DNA of 64,000 nucleotides. Origin: Botryllus schlosseri (lineage: Eukaryota). Below the pieces are notes generated by a model. That model was not told the origin of the DNA and searched no databases. It saw only the letters and a program-made list of their open reading frames with translations. The position numbers and the translations under genes are program-made. Shown in pieces: positions 38,869 to 51,797 of this stretch. Every line of letters begins with the position of its first letter. Position 1 is the stretch's first letter. Location of the stretch: assembly GCA_051294905.1 (NCBI GenBank), contig CM119371.1:3412001-3476000 (forward strand), written 5' to 3'.

Positions 38869-40070
38869 CTGATCACCCCATGAAATTTATAGTTTTTCGA
38901 CAGAAACGCTGCCAAACAAATTTGGTCAATTCCAACCAATGGAAGCGGAGTTATTGCAGTCGAAAAATTAGGATATGAAAAAATTAATAACCTGCCCACC
39001 GTGAATACGACACCAATTATTCATATCCAAATCTCCGACTGCAATAACTCCGCTTCCACTGGTTGGAATTGAGCAAAATGTAGGATTGATATTGAAACTT
39101 CTCAAAGCTTCAAAAGCGTGTTCGACTTTTCATGCTTGAAATCGAGGAATGCGTATCAGAGCTATCTTCTAACTTCTAATATTTACGCAGGGATTTATCA
39201 GATCTCGTATCACTCGAGATTCAGTGATACCTACACCGCGTCGATCTTTGTATTGGGACAGGAGAAGTTGCTGAAATAGGATGGCATCGTTTTATCAAAG
39301 AACTCATAGAGTAAACATGTCAGGCGATTCCAAAAAAAAAGCAACACATTAGACTCCGCTATTTTGGCCAAATTAAGTCGAGACACTGCTTTGTTCAAGT
39401 TAACCGGAAATTTAATTGCTCCTTCATGGCTGTGCATTACTGTATTAGGACTGTTCAAGAATAAGCTTTTTTCTGGATTCCAGCCATTCGGTGAATAAAT
39501 AGTCAGGTTACCCTAAAAAACGCTGCACACCAAATTTGGTTCAATTCTGACAAGTATAAGGCTCCGCAGATCCAATTAAAATTTTCAATTTGCTAGGGAA
39601 GATATAAAAAAAACAATCAAGGATAATAATCACAGAATTATCAACGAAAAACTCGAATAACTCTTTTTCTACTAGTTGGAATTGACTGAAATTTGTTTTG
39701 CATCGTTTTTGAAGACAGCTCAACAATATCATGGGGTTGACAGTAACAATTTGAATTTTTTTTTCAATTTGACCTAATAAATTAAATATTTGAATCTAAT
39801 TTTGAAAAATTGTGTAGCTTTAACTGTGATTCTGATCTAATTTGAAAAAAAAAAACAGTCTAATTATAATTCTAAATGTAGTACAATTTTTACAAAAAAA
39901 ACTGTAGCTTTTAGCTATCATTCTAATTCCAATCTAATTTGAATTTGAAAATGATCTAGTTGTCCCAATCTGGCTGAGAAAACCCAGTTACCGCGTGAAC
40001 CCCCGTTAGAAACCCCTGCTGCAAGTTAGCTTAATGAGAAAGTATGCTAATAGTTGTGGTTATGACATAC

Positions 40071-40214
40071 CTTCAGCTTTTGACACCTCTAGTAAGATTG
40101 TCAGCACATAACCGAGTTGTAAGTCTGCATTTTTCAGTTTGGCCCGATTTGCATTTTCAATCTTCACACGTTTCTTCCATTCTGTTGCGTTGAGGCCTTC
40201 AGGGGCTTGTGTTT
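40071..40214 (-). CDS. Well-formed 144-nt phase-1/phase-1 exon (ETQAPEGLNATEWKKRVKIENANRAKLKNADLQLGYVLTILLEVSKAE), product unknown
   Basis: Acceptor tttttctgtgtag, donor gaag|gtatgt, open frame, length divisible by 3. Confidence 0.45.
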
Positions 40215-40889
40215 CTACACAGAAAAATCACAGGTGGTCATGTAGTCTGCATCGCACTTTTCTACAAGTGTTAATCGGAGGTGGTTACCTAGCTTCACGC
40301 TGGGTAGCTATGAGTCGATTTACCGGTGACTCGACTTGACTCGAGTAATTTTTTCAAATAACTCTACTCGAATATATTGATGTGTTGAATCAACTTGCCT
40401 TGAGCAATTTCTTCAATAGACTTGACTTTAGGATTACCATATTCTGGAATCGGGAAAGGGGGACACTTTTTCAAAATATTTAAACTTGGAGAAGTCAAAA
40501 TTATGTCAAAATTGTAGCGTTAGCCAAAAATTGTCTAAATTGTTTACAAAGTAATAACTTTTTTGCAACCTGCGTTTCGTTCATTTTGTATATTTTGCAG
40601 TGTCTGTGAACTTGTCATTTGACATTTCACCGCTTGTAGCCTACTTTATAGGCCTGCAGTCGTAGACGGCCCATTGTCTGCTTATTGTGAATCGTAAACA
40701 TTCAAATGAAACAAATAGGTCAACATGGTGCTCAACGTACCGCAATATCCCAACTGAAGCTACACTGCCTGGACATTGCAAGGTTCTTATATCAAGAAGT
40801 GTTGTGCTACTAAACATTTTAATTATCTCTACCATGATCCGTGGTGTAACTTCTGCAATTCTTCATAGGGCCCGATTTTGGTAAAATAA

Positions 40890-43015
40890 AGTTCGAAAAA
40901 TTTTCAGTTATCGATGCAAAAAAGTATTTTTCAGGCCATACTACTTTGTAAGGATAGACAGTCCCAACCGGAAATGAAGACAATTCTAACGTTATGTGGG
41001 AAAACACCTTATTTGTATACATTATTTTCTTAAATCGGTCAATAATGTCAAAATATTGATTTTTAGGTCAAAATCGTTCATTTTTAGGTTAAAAATAAGC
41101 CTAGTCAAAAGCATACACGTCATCAAATTCTCCGTTGGGATTGCCAGCATTCTGATTGCATTTGCATTTTCCTTACCATTCAGTGAGTCGATACAATTTG
41201 AAACTTTGTCGAAGGTGAGGTCTTGAATCGGACGAGAGCACATCGCTTGGACATGCCAATGGCGATCTGAATAGAAGATGTCATAAATGTGACAGCAACG
41301 TATTGAATTTGAAACATATGAATACAAGCAGGAAAATAATTTTCATGCATCTGTGATCTTATGATCATACATACAACACACTTGATATCAAAAAGAAACC
41401 ATCAAGTTTCGCATTAAATTCAAATTTCTGATATTTATTTATTTATTTGATATTTTCGGTATTTGGCATCGCCATGACCCAACATATCCATCGCTGTTTC
41501 AATTCAATAGTGAAATCGCCTAATAGTTTTATGGTCTTGTTCTACGTTCACTTTAGTTACAGCAAGTAGTAGAGGTCGACCGATATCGACCTAGCCGATG
41601 ATCGAGGCCAATGTTTGGAACATCGCTTTGAGTTCTCAGTCTCAGGAAGTCGACGACACAAAGGGGGCTGCGTGACAGATTGCCCTTGCAGGACAAGTTG
41701 AACTGGGTGAGCATGCAGTGAAATTATGCTTTCTGCATCACAGCCTAGCTCTACTGGACTGATCTGTGATTCTGCATCATATTTTGCTCTTTGGGTAACT
41801 CCCACATTTCAATGAATGTGCACAATTAAGCAATAATTGTTTTCTAGTTTATTGATCAGCTTTCTGTGGCATGTACAAGAGACAACTACCATAATCAAAC
41901 AGAACAGAAGAGAAAAGTAGGGCTGTTCGAAAAAATCTTTTTTTTCTGAATCTTGTTGGCTGCATCATTAAATCATTAGTTTGGCTTAAAAAACAATGCA
42001 CACGAGATTTGAATTCATTCCAACCGGTAAGCGCGGACTTTGTACAGTTTGAAAATTTTGAATATACCCAAAAATGCAAAAAAAAAATTCAAATTTTTGG
42101 TCAACCCCAAGAAATTGTTGCGCTTTCTTCAAAAACGATCCAAAACAAATTTGACTCAATTCCAACCAGTAAAAGCGGGGACATTTGAGTTTTTCTTTGA
42201 TAATTCTGGGATTATCCTTGATCGGTGGATAATCTAAGAATTATTAACGAAAAACTCGAATAACTCTGCTTCTACTAGTTGGAATCGAGTCAAATTTGTT
42301 TTGGATCGTTTTTGAAGACAGCGCAATTATATCCCGAGGTTGACAGAAAAATTTGAAAATTATTTTTTATGCCATTTTTAGGTAAATTCGAAATTTTCAC
42401 ACTGTACGAATTACGCACTTACCGGTTCGAATGAATTCAAATTTTGTGTGCATCGATTTTTTAAGGCAGCCTAATGATTTAATCACATAGCTAACAAGGT
42501 TCAGTTCAAGGTTCACTTCATTTTTGGAGCGAAGTGACCCTTGAAAACATTAATTTTTTAATATTTTTGTACGACATCATTTTTCAACAACTGATGCTTC
42601 AGCAATACCTAAACATGTTTTGCATATTGGAAAACAATATGCATGTAAATGCTGGTTTTATTGTTTCAATTGGGGTCACCTCTAAAGAGGTTGCCGACCG
42701 CAGACTTGGACAACTCGATAATTGTAGTCGTCTAATATCACTAAATTAGATCGAATGCCAGTCATCTAATTCTAATCTAAATTGGAAAAGTCAAAAATTT
42801 TCTAGTTTTTCAAGTCTGACCGACCGTTGGTCTAGAGTAGGTCAGCCCCACGATACTGACGATGTTTTTGCTGAATAATAGACCGCACATACCTGGTCAT
42901 AAGAGTCCGTCCCTGCCGGGATACAAATCCATCTTGCCATCTTTCTCATTCCTTCATTTCTTTGTCTGCTCACAGCTTGATCAACCCGAATCTCATTCCC
43001 TTCCAGGTTGTTGCC
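40890..43015 (-). pseudogene. Multi-RRM pseudogene unit 4 (exons 43015-42893, ~41800-41590, 41266-41177, ~40985-40890)
   Basis: GNNLEGNEIRVDQAVSR (open, phase 0/0); LCVVDF/ELKAMFQTL (frameshifted); GMSKRCALVRFKT/KVSNCIDSLN (5-nt duplication frameshift); ELSSFPVGTVYPYKVVWPE joins in phase 1. Confidence 0.7.
42701..42818. mobile_element. 118-bp hAT MITE (CAGACTTG TIR)
   Basis: cagacttgga / ttcaagtctg; flanks gccgaccg / accgaccg; related ctaatt-rich pieces ~39790-39975, 49740-49990. Confidence 0.75.
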
Positions 43016-45464
43016 CTGCAGCGGTAGTCATGAAGTCACACATATGTTTACAGACAGACTTGTACAAACTATCATCCAGTTAGTGGGTGATCAACTAACC
43101 ACTGATTATTTAGTAGTTCTGGTTCTAGTTGCGGATTTCGGAATGTGGAGAGTTTCAGTTGCGTATTTCAGAAAATAATTTGTGGTACAATGATTTGCGC
43201 ACCGGTACTCAAATCTCAATCAAGCACCGTAACTGTAATGATTCGAGTCGATCAGTGAAAGACGATTTTTTGGACTAATGAAACTTTACGCCCAGTTCCA
43301 TCGAAAAGTTATAATTGCATCAACTTTCTGAAACCTCGATTAGTTGTATCCCAACATACGAAACATATTGTACAAAGCTATGCACGTTAACGTCAATGAC
43401 ATTTCTGTGTAGCTGTGATCGCAAAACCAAATGAAGTTTTTTCGAAAAATACCAAATCATCATTATGTGGTGAAGAGCCGGCAATATGTTTCGTAGTTGC
43501 ATGAAAAGTAGGCTACATACTCAAGCTTTTGGGTCTCCCATATACTTATATCGTCATCATGAGTGATTATAATCACATATATCATATATCAAATACTCAA
43601 CGTGAAGCCTAATTCAGAATAGAATCACTCATGCACTATGTATTCACTCATGTAAGTCTAGTAATTACGAGCAAACCTTTTTCCTGCATGATTTAGCCTC
43701 CAGCATCATCGTCCATCGGTTATTCCATTTCAAGTCAACAACACAGCAACCCACTAGGTCTCAGATTTTCATGTCATTTTAGGAGTGAATCTGGTATCTA
43801 ACACTGAGGGTAGGAAACACGATTTTTCAATATTCATACACTGAAACCATTTTGTGCTCACTCAACGATGAAGTTTAATTACCGGTACCGTAGTTTCATA
43901 TTCCCTGTTACAGTACGGCCATAAAACAGTGTATCGTTATTAAAGTAATTAAGAGCGGATGATGGCTTTTAATAACAGAATACAAGAAACTCTTGATATT
44001 GAAGGGAAAATTTTCAACAAAAAAATGGAGTCAGGGGTCAATATCAGTCTTAATAGTCTACCCCTTTCAATATCCATCATGCGTGACACAAACTTGGAAC
44101 ATTTTAAGCACTATTCTGTCAACATAAAAATTAGGAAGTTACTTGTTATATGAAAGCTGGTTTGGGAGAAAAATATGACTTACATGTTTTGCCTAATAAT
44201 ATGTAATTGGTAGGCTAATAGACCTAGTCTAAATCAACTTCATGCATAGATACTTCCGACTCCAATCTGTAATTCAATTTCAGATCAAACAAAATTAGAT
44301 TGGGTATCAATAAAGTTTCAGATTTTGCAAATATTTGGATCAAGACATTATGAAGTATGAGTTGATATGATTAAAAAGCAATTTATTTGAACGGAATACC
44401 GGTAGGCCAACATGAGCGTTATCAGGTTATCCCATTAAAAAGAAAAACCTTTTTCTGCTTATTTAACCTTGAAATGAAAGTTTTTCAAGCTGATTTGAAA
44501 TTGTCTGTAAATGAGATACTTTGGCAATAAATAGTTGTTCTTGTTGTTATGTTACATAAGTTGATTGATTTTATCATGCAAGGGTTGAGGTAATAATTTC
44601 AGGTACACAGCCCCTAATGTCTCCCTCTCATTTCTTTCTATATCGTAGGCCTACTTCAAAAGTTTTGTGAAGGTTGTCACATGAATTCTGTTGCAACATG
44701 GAGCATGTACTTAAGTAATGAGTTAGATGCCAAAATCCTGTAACTAGAATATGGAGCATAATTTTTAGCTAAATCACCACATTTTTATAATCTGAAATAT
44801 TCCCTGTCGTCCAAGTTCGTAGGTAAATATTACATAAAAACTCCTTTCCTAAAGATTCTATGCGGCAGGTATTATACGACACTATTTACCAAAATATTCA
44901 GGCAAACAGAAATGATAGTTAGAGTTATGAAATATTTTTACACGCAGCGATTTCCATGGGCTTCACCTTCAGCTACATTCTTGGCTGGGCACCAAAGATG
45001 AATATTTTCTCACTGGCTTGCTGATTTTATCAATTTATACAACATGACAACATTCGCAGGTATAAGTAGCTCATTTATGGAGACACAAGTTCAGATCTGC
45101 ATAAAAACAGCACTTGGATTTCACGGTTAAATGAGCAGAAAGCTTGTTTTCATCACGCGATAACTTGAAAACTTCATTCAAAATGGATACCGGTAGCTCA
45201 GCTATAGCATTTTACAAGGTGACGAGTCAAATTTCAGCAAAATCTGCAACTTGATGGAGAGTCTCTTTGGTTCATTTCACATAGAATTACCTATATACAG
45301 CAGTCACAAACAATCCAGTAAGCTGGCTTGATCATGGCTTAAGGTTGAACTTAATCAGACTTGCAGCATCATTTTACATTCAGTAATTTCATTCTCAAGT
45401 GAGGCAGGAACGAACGATCGATACTCCATGGAAACTCGCAAATCATGTTTGATAGAAGCTGTAA

Positions 45465-46790
45465 GCCAATATGTTATCGGTGTCTCTTACGGACTAAAGA
45501 CTCTACTGAATACACACAGGTGTGAAGCAAGACGCTGAGAACCGTCTTGGCACACCAAACATATTACTTTAAACGTATCAGGATTCCATTTTCGGGCATA
45601 AACACTTCTTACTTGGCGAGAGCGATTTTCAGAGTCCGGGGTTACCGGTATTTACTATCAAGCCATGTTACCATTTTAAAAGATTTCACATCACACCAAA
45701 CCTTTCGTAACAAACAGATGCAGCCAGAGGCCATCACAATTTCGAGTTGGTAACCTCTATTCCTATCGATATACCAAGACTGAACTATTGTATGTAAGCA
45801 TAGTAGAAACGCGAAACGGTATGCCAATAAAGCACTGGTCTACAATCAATCAACGCTTTACCCAGTAATATAAGTGAATCAGCCTGTACTCTGAAACATA
45901 TTAGCTATATCTCCAACGTCCGATCGAATTAAAACTGATATTAGTACACTCAATCAGCTGATTTCATTCCATGTTTTGACTCAGAGCCATTCATGCACGT
46001 GAGACATTAGCTCCACCACGCGGAAGAGCGAAAGGCGTTAAATCGATAACATCATGCTGTTCGATATTACATTTCCTTCATAACCTATTTGGTTTTGTCA
46101 TCTCTCCTAATTTTATTCTCCTGTACATGTCGTTACCATCGGATAAGTCGATAAAGCGCACACTCGAATGGGGTACGTATTATAAGCATTTAAAAGAACT
46201 ATACTGCTAGAAAAGTTAGGAGCCATCGATGCATGACGTCCTTGGAAGCCAAGGAGACCGCTTGCCTAGTAACCACTGTATATATCGTTTTGCACTTGCC
46301 CTAAGCCAGGGGCGGGCAACTTGTCCGGTCAGTGAGCCGCATTTGGGAAAATTAGGCACTTGGCGGGCCAGATTACAGAATATATACAATTATATATTAT
46401 ACCTTAATCGCGTATTTATCCACCGCTATATGAAATCAATTGTGTTTAATACCAGCTATCCGACAGTCGTCGAGCATGTCCGCATTCAAGTCGAAATACA
46501 AGCAATTTCTCCTAAATCAATACTAGCCAGTCTTCGGAATTACACGACCACGACCTAACATCTACCTCGCCCTTCGCCACATGCCACCTCATTTTGTCGC
46601 TGGCGTCTTATATTCTCTGCATTACTTTTCAGTCAGTATGTCCATTCCTCTTATTTACTTCGCGTAGGCTAAGGTTGGTGTCTGATCTTAATGGCTGCTT
46701 CAAGTTGTTTCGACACCTTCCTATCTTCGCATTGTATCGCAGTCTTGTGATGTTTTGAAACGATGAAAATATTAGAAACCTGATTGATTG
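45465..46790. repeat. Old segmental duplicate of 17230-20680 (same orientation)
   Basis: Ordered matches 45475-45590~17240-17345, 45955-46070~17730-17850, 46185-46205~17927-17945, 46450-46790~20330-20670. Confidence 0.8.
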
Positions 46791-49700
46791 ATGAAAACTT
46801 CAAGTTTAAAGCATAGAGATCAAAAAGAGTATTTCATGAATTTATTTACAACAGCTATTGAACTCTGATTGCATGTCATATGCAAATACCCTTAGTGAAG
46901 GAAGACTGCTAATGTTCGTGGCAGTGTTGGGATTTAGTCACTGCCTTCGAATCACAAGTCATCACGAATCATTGCACATTTTGACTCGAGTCAAGTCATG
47001 TCACTCGATTTTTGGAGGTGACCCGAGTCAAGTCAAGTCAAGTTGAAATTTCAAAGTACTAGATATGATTCAAATTCATTACTAGGGCGATTTTTTTTTG
47101 ACACTTCAAAAGTCAAATTTTGTTTTACATAACGAGTTTGATTTATTTAGCTGTTCTTGTGTAAATCACACTAGCATGTAACTTAGTTACTCCCGCCATT
47201 AACCGGCTTAAAAAATCTAGCGTTTTTCGGCTATAACTCGTTTTGTGTTCACAATAGGGAAAACTTTCTTCTTAAGACTGATAGAAACATGTTTTGGCAG
47301 CTTTCATGACCCCATGACTAGTGGTTGTCGAGATGGGCAATTTCACCCCCTCTCGCACAGACATTGGGTAATACCGGCTGGAAAATGGAGGCAGTCCCCT
47401 AAAACCAATTTTTATTGAAGTTTCAAGTCATTTTTCGGGACTTGAACACATTTTCACTCCGCCCTGCAACGCATGCCTATTAACATTCCAACATTTAACG
47501 ACAAATGACGATACATATTTTCACATCTTCACCAAGTCTACCTACCTCTCATTCGAATTAAGTTCTGACACACGAAACAATTGTCTGGCATATATCCAGA
47601 TTGCTATACAATCTTTTGTCAAATTGTTCGCGTTAAATAAACCAAAGAAAATGCAAGGCTCAAATAACTGATTAATATTTATTTCAAATCGATTCTATAC
47701 ATTTCATAACAAGAAAACGCAGCCCAATACAACATAAAATCACGGAAATTCCAGCCACTACTCTCTAAGTCTAAGATGCAGATACTGATTAGCAGTCATT
47801 AACAATACTCTTGAGTTATAATGAGTTGCGGATAATGTCAGTATAATTGCAAATTAGTCACAATGGACGGTAAGCGTAATTTATAGAATGTCAAGTAGCA
47901 AATCATAATATCTCAGTAAAAAGGGTACATTGAATCACATCCATCAGATTATCTGAAATTTCGATTGTTATGGATTAACAATTTGCCCCTTTTTCTGTTA
48001 ACTATGGTGTATAAAGTCATTTAGAAGGAATTAATCACATATCAATAATAAACGAGGTCATCAAGAGAAATGAGCCAATTATATTATGCTCGAAGCATTT
48101 AGAATCAACAAGGTAGCAGAAAACTTGGTCATTGGTCATAAAAGCCAGAAAAATCGTTGGCTCGAAGTATACAGCGACCGTCATTCTACAGAATAATATC
48201 AAGGCCTTGAAATATTTTTGTAATGAAAGTTTTAAACTAGGTAAGTATACCTTTCAACACACTCCAGAAGTCAACTGTACTAAAGATATAGAGAATGATC
48301 ACTAGATCATGATGGAACATGGAGAATCCTACATAATTGACATTACAATGGATTTCATATACTACACTACATTCATTTTCGACAAATTTTTTAATTTTAT
48401 ATTTTTTTTGGGTTTTGTGAAGTATTTAATTTCTATCATAATCCATCACACAAAACGTAAAGACAGTAAACATCTAACAATATAACACTTTTATCATTTT
48501 TCCATATATATGATTTTTATGTAATTTTTATTATAATCAATTATTTTATAGGTGTAGGACGATGGTATATATTTATTTTATCCCGCGAGTCGATCCCAAC
48601 TTGCGAGTAAATCCTTATAATAGCAAACAATTCAACAGGATGACGGCTTGAACTCTACTGTAGTCAAACAACCTACGCATTCAAATCCATTTAACCAGTA
48701 ATTTGTGCAGTAAAACATTCCTCTTCGGAAATATGTAGGTTCGACGTGACATTTATGGCATTAGCATTGTTTTCGTCGATTTGTGAAGCTTTATGCAACT
48801 GTTTCGGTTACTTAATTGTAAAATGCATATTAGAAATAGTTTCGTGAAATTGTATCGATTGAACACGGAATAGTCAGTTTGAATTCTAAAACGAGTAGTA
48901 GTAATTCTGCTAATTTTGTTTATGACGATTGGCTCTTGTACACGAGTAACAATGTTGCCTCTAGTGCCTTTTACACCACTCCCTGAAAAACAAATACCTC
49001 TGAATAAATCACTATCCCAGTTAATCAATTACGTCAGCAAACTATTTGGACTATGAGCAGAAAATTAACTGTTCGCACGGGTATGTCATAACAATGCACA
49101 AAATAGAATTCGACTTGCAGTAGAGTACCTGGGATCAGAGTCGGAGGAATCGTAGGGATTGAATCTACAGGACGATTCGGCATTTAAATTTTCGTGAGAC
49201 GATTCTCACGTATCGTTGGCACACAATCCAATATACGGTAACATATTTAGTCAGTACACGAATTTCATGAAAATAAACCTGCAGACAACACATCGTATCG
49301 TGGGAGCGGTATTGGCTGGGACGGTGTACTTGCTAGAGGACTATGTTAACAGTTAACATTCCGAATAGAGAAATTGCGGTGCTGTCAACAATATCGAGTA
49401 TCAATGACACTCAAAAAGTAGCTATAGGCTTGTTTTATGGAAAGCCTACAATATTGGTGACGATAAGCATACTTCTGTCAGAATTGGATAATCAGATATT
49501 TCTACTTGTCTAATTAGACTAATAGAGCAAATGCCGGTAATGTAACTTGAATCTATTTTGTGAAATGATTCTCTGCACTAATTATGATATAATTGGTAAA
49601 TAATTTATATTTTCTCATTTTAATTCAAACCCTATCTCTGGTTTTCCTGTGAATGCTACTGAGAGAATTGTGTAGTGCGAAACGAGCCAAGCTTGCTGGA

Positions 49701-51448
49701 CAGACATTTGCTATTATCAAGCTGATTTGATAGTAACGGAACGGGATTCAATGACCTAGTTTTTTGCTGACTCAGTAATTCTAATCCCAATCTAATTTGG
49801 AAAAATGTATAGCTTTAACTACAGTTTTAATCTATTTTGAAAAAAGTAACGCGATAATTATAATTCTACTATAATTTGCAAATAACTGTGTAGCGTCAAT
49901 TCTACTGTATGTTGAAAGAAAATTTAACAGTAATTATGATACTAATCAATTTTGCAAAAGCAGGAAATCTTCTAGATGACCGAGTCTGACTGGAAATTTA
50001 TCTGAAATCTTGTCGATTTGCAGCACAACTATTGAGCACATGCAAGACGAAGTTTACGAAAAATTTGTATGTTGTCACTTGCGATTACCTAAGAAAAGTA
50101 TTCGACAACCAGTCCAAGTAATAATATTCGAAATGCACATACTCCAGTACTTTTTAAACTTTCATTTACACGATTGCTACAAGCACCCGAGTAAAAAATG
50201 AACGGGATCACTCCAACTTCTGTTCGAGTTTAATCAATGACTATTTCGATAGTCTCTTTAAAAATTATGTGACAACATATTACGACCAATAACTATGTTT
50301 ATTTCACCCCAGCAGCTAAACAATCCGAACGCATTGATTCTCGAACTACGCCGCATTGACATATAAATTTTTCTCGAGTATCTCATCAAATCTCAGTTTC
50401 ATAATACAACAAATATTTCTCCCAATAAAATGAAATCTGTGTGGTCTGAATGCAGCAAGTGATCATGAATTGAAGTGACGCATTACTGCCGAAGATCAAC
50501 TTTAGTATATATTGACAGAGGTGGTCAGTAACCAACTAACTACACTTTTTCAAAGTATAAAAGTACGTATTGCCTACTAACACTACTTACTTAACTAGTT
50601 ATTAGTTCAGACTACTTCTACTTCTATTTGACAACTTCAATATTTTTCAGCAAAACTAGGAGTGATATGAAAAGTATGTTGTGTTTCGATGTGAAATGAT
50701 GCATGACAGCGCTATTATATTCTTGCAGAATAAACAAAGTCTTTTTTCCACAAAGCTACGTGTGTAGCACCGCGTGTCAACGTTATGATGTCACTATTCG
50801 ACATCACATCAGTTAATATTGTATATTTATTTATATAATACATAGTTTGCGTCACAATATTTCTAAGCTGTTGTTTGAGTTTGGATGTGCATGAGAATGG
50901 ATCGACGATGTAATGGAAGGATAAATCTCAACTCTCATTTTATAACGGTCAGACTTCGCAACATTAACTCACCTCCGATAAAAATCGTAGTCGAGTTGCT
51001 CCCAGGCATCTTCTCGGAATACTGAAATAAGAAATAAGTTATATCGCTGAAAATTCGTGTTAGCAAAAGATGTATGCATCCTATGAATTGTGCTCTGTTG
51101 CTGAGCCTATTGCGTGATATCTGAAACAGTCATCAGGTTCAAAGATAGTTGAAATCATCAAAAATATAAATGATTGGGTCCTACGATACACATTGGTTTA
51201 GTAATGGTGATTAAGCGTACGGACTTGCGCTTATCAACTATTTTAAATCCGAATCCTATTCCTGATGATACATTCAAATCCAAGTACAAATCCATATTTT
51301 ATTTTGTCTAGCATCCATATCCACGTCCGATTCGGTAATGGATGAAACTTGATCAAAAAGTCGCATGGAAATGAAAGTTACGTGAAATTCTGTGTCAAAG
51401 TACGGATGAAAATCCATCTTCGAATGAATCATAAACCATTAAATAAAG

Positions 51449-51797
51449 CAGTGGTCCCCAACGTGAGCGATTTGGCGGTCTAGGTAGCGAAAATGATGAA
51501 GGGGCCGATATGGGGCGAAACATAGCGAAGGGGACGATAGGGAGGGGGGCGATGGCGCGTTAAAACGGCTATATTGGAGTCAAGTCGGAGAAATGACTTT
51601 TTTTTAGTCAACCCTCAAAAATTTAGCTGCAAAAGTGTAAAACTTCGACATCGAGCCGAAAAGTTGATCTTTTTTTATTCAACCCGCCGGTGATTACAGT
51701 TTGTATGCCAATTTTTTGGTTCACAAAATTTGGGGAGCGATGATCGGTGTGATGCTTGAAAAGGGGGCGATGAGTCGAAAAAGGTCGAGAACCACTG
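51449..51797. mobile_element. Older inverted copy of the 994-1413 MITE
   Basis: cagtggtccccaacg / gagaaccactg; flanks aaataaag / atctaaag; ggggcga motifs. Confidence 0.85.

Noticed and set aside
38594..38999. Overlapping ORFs and CRISPR-like spaced GACTCGAGTC repeats
   Set aside because: Irregular short palindromic motifs inside a TIR/TSD-bounded MITE; eukaryotic context, no cas genes.
46450..46790. hAT transposase fragment next to the TIR at 46308
   Set aside because: No BED finger or hAT motifs recognised; it belongs to the collinear duplication with 20330-20670.
48192..48240. Plus-strand 49-nt exon (tctacag ... ag|gtaagt)
   Set aside because: Isolated, no compatible neighbouring exons or recognisable peptide.
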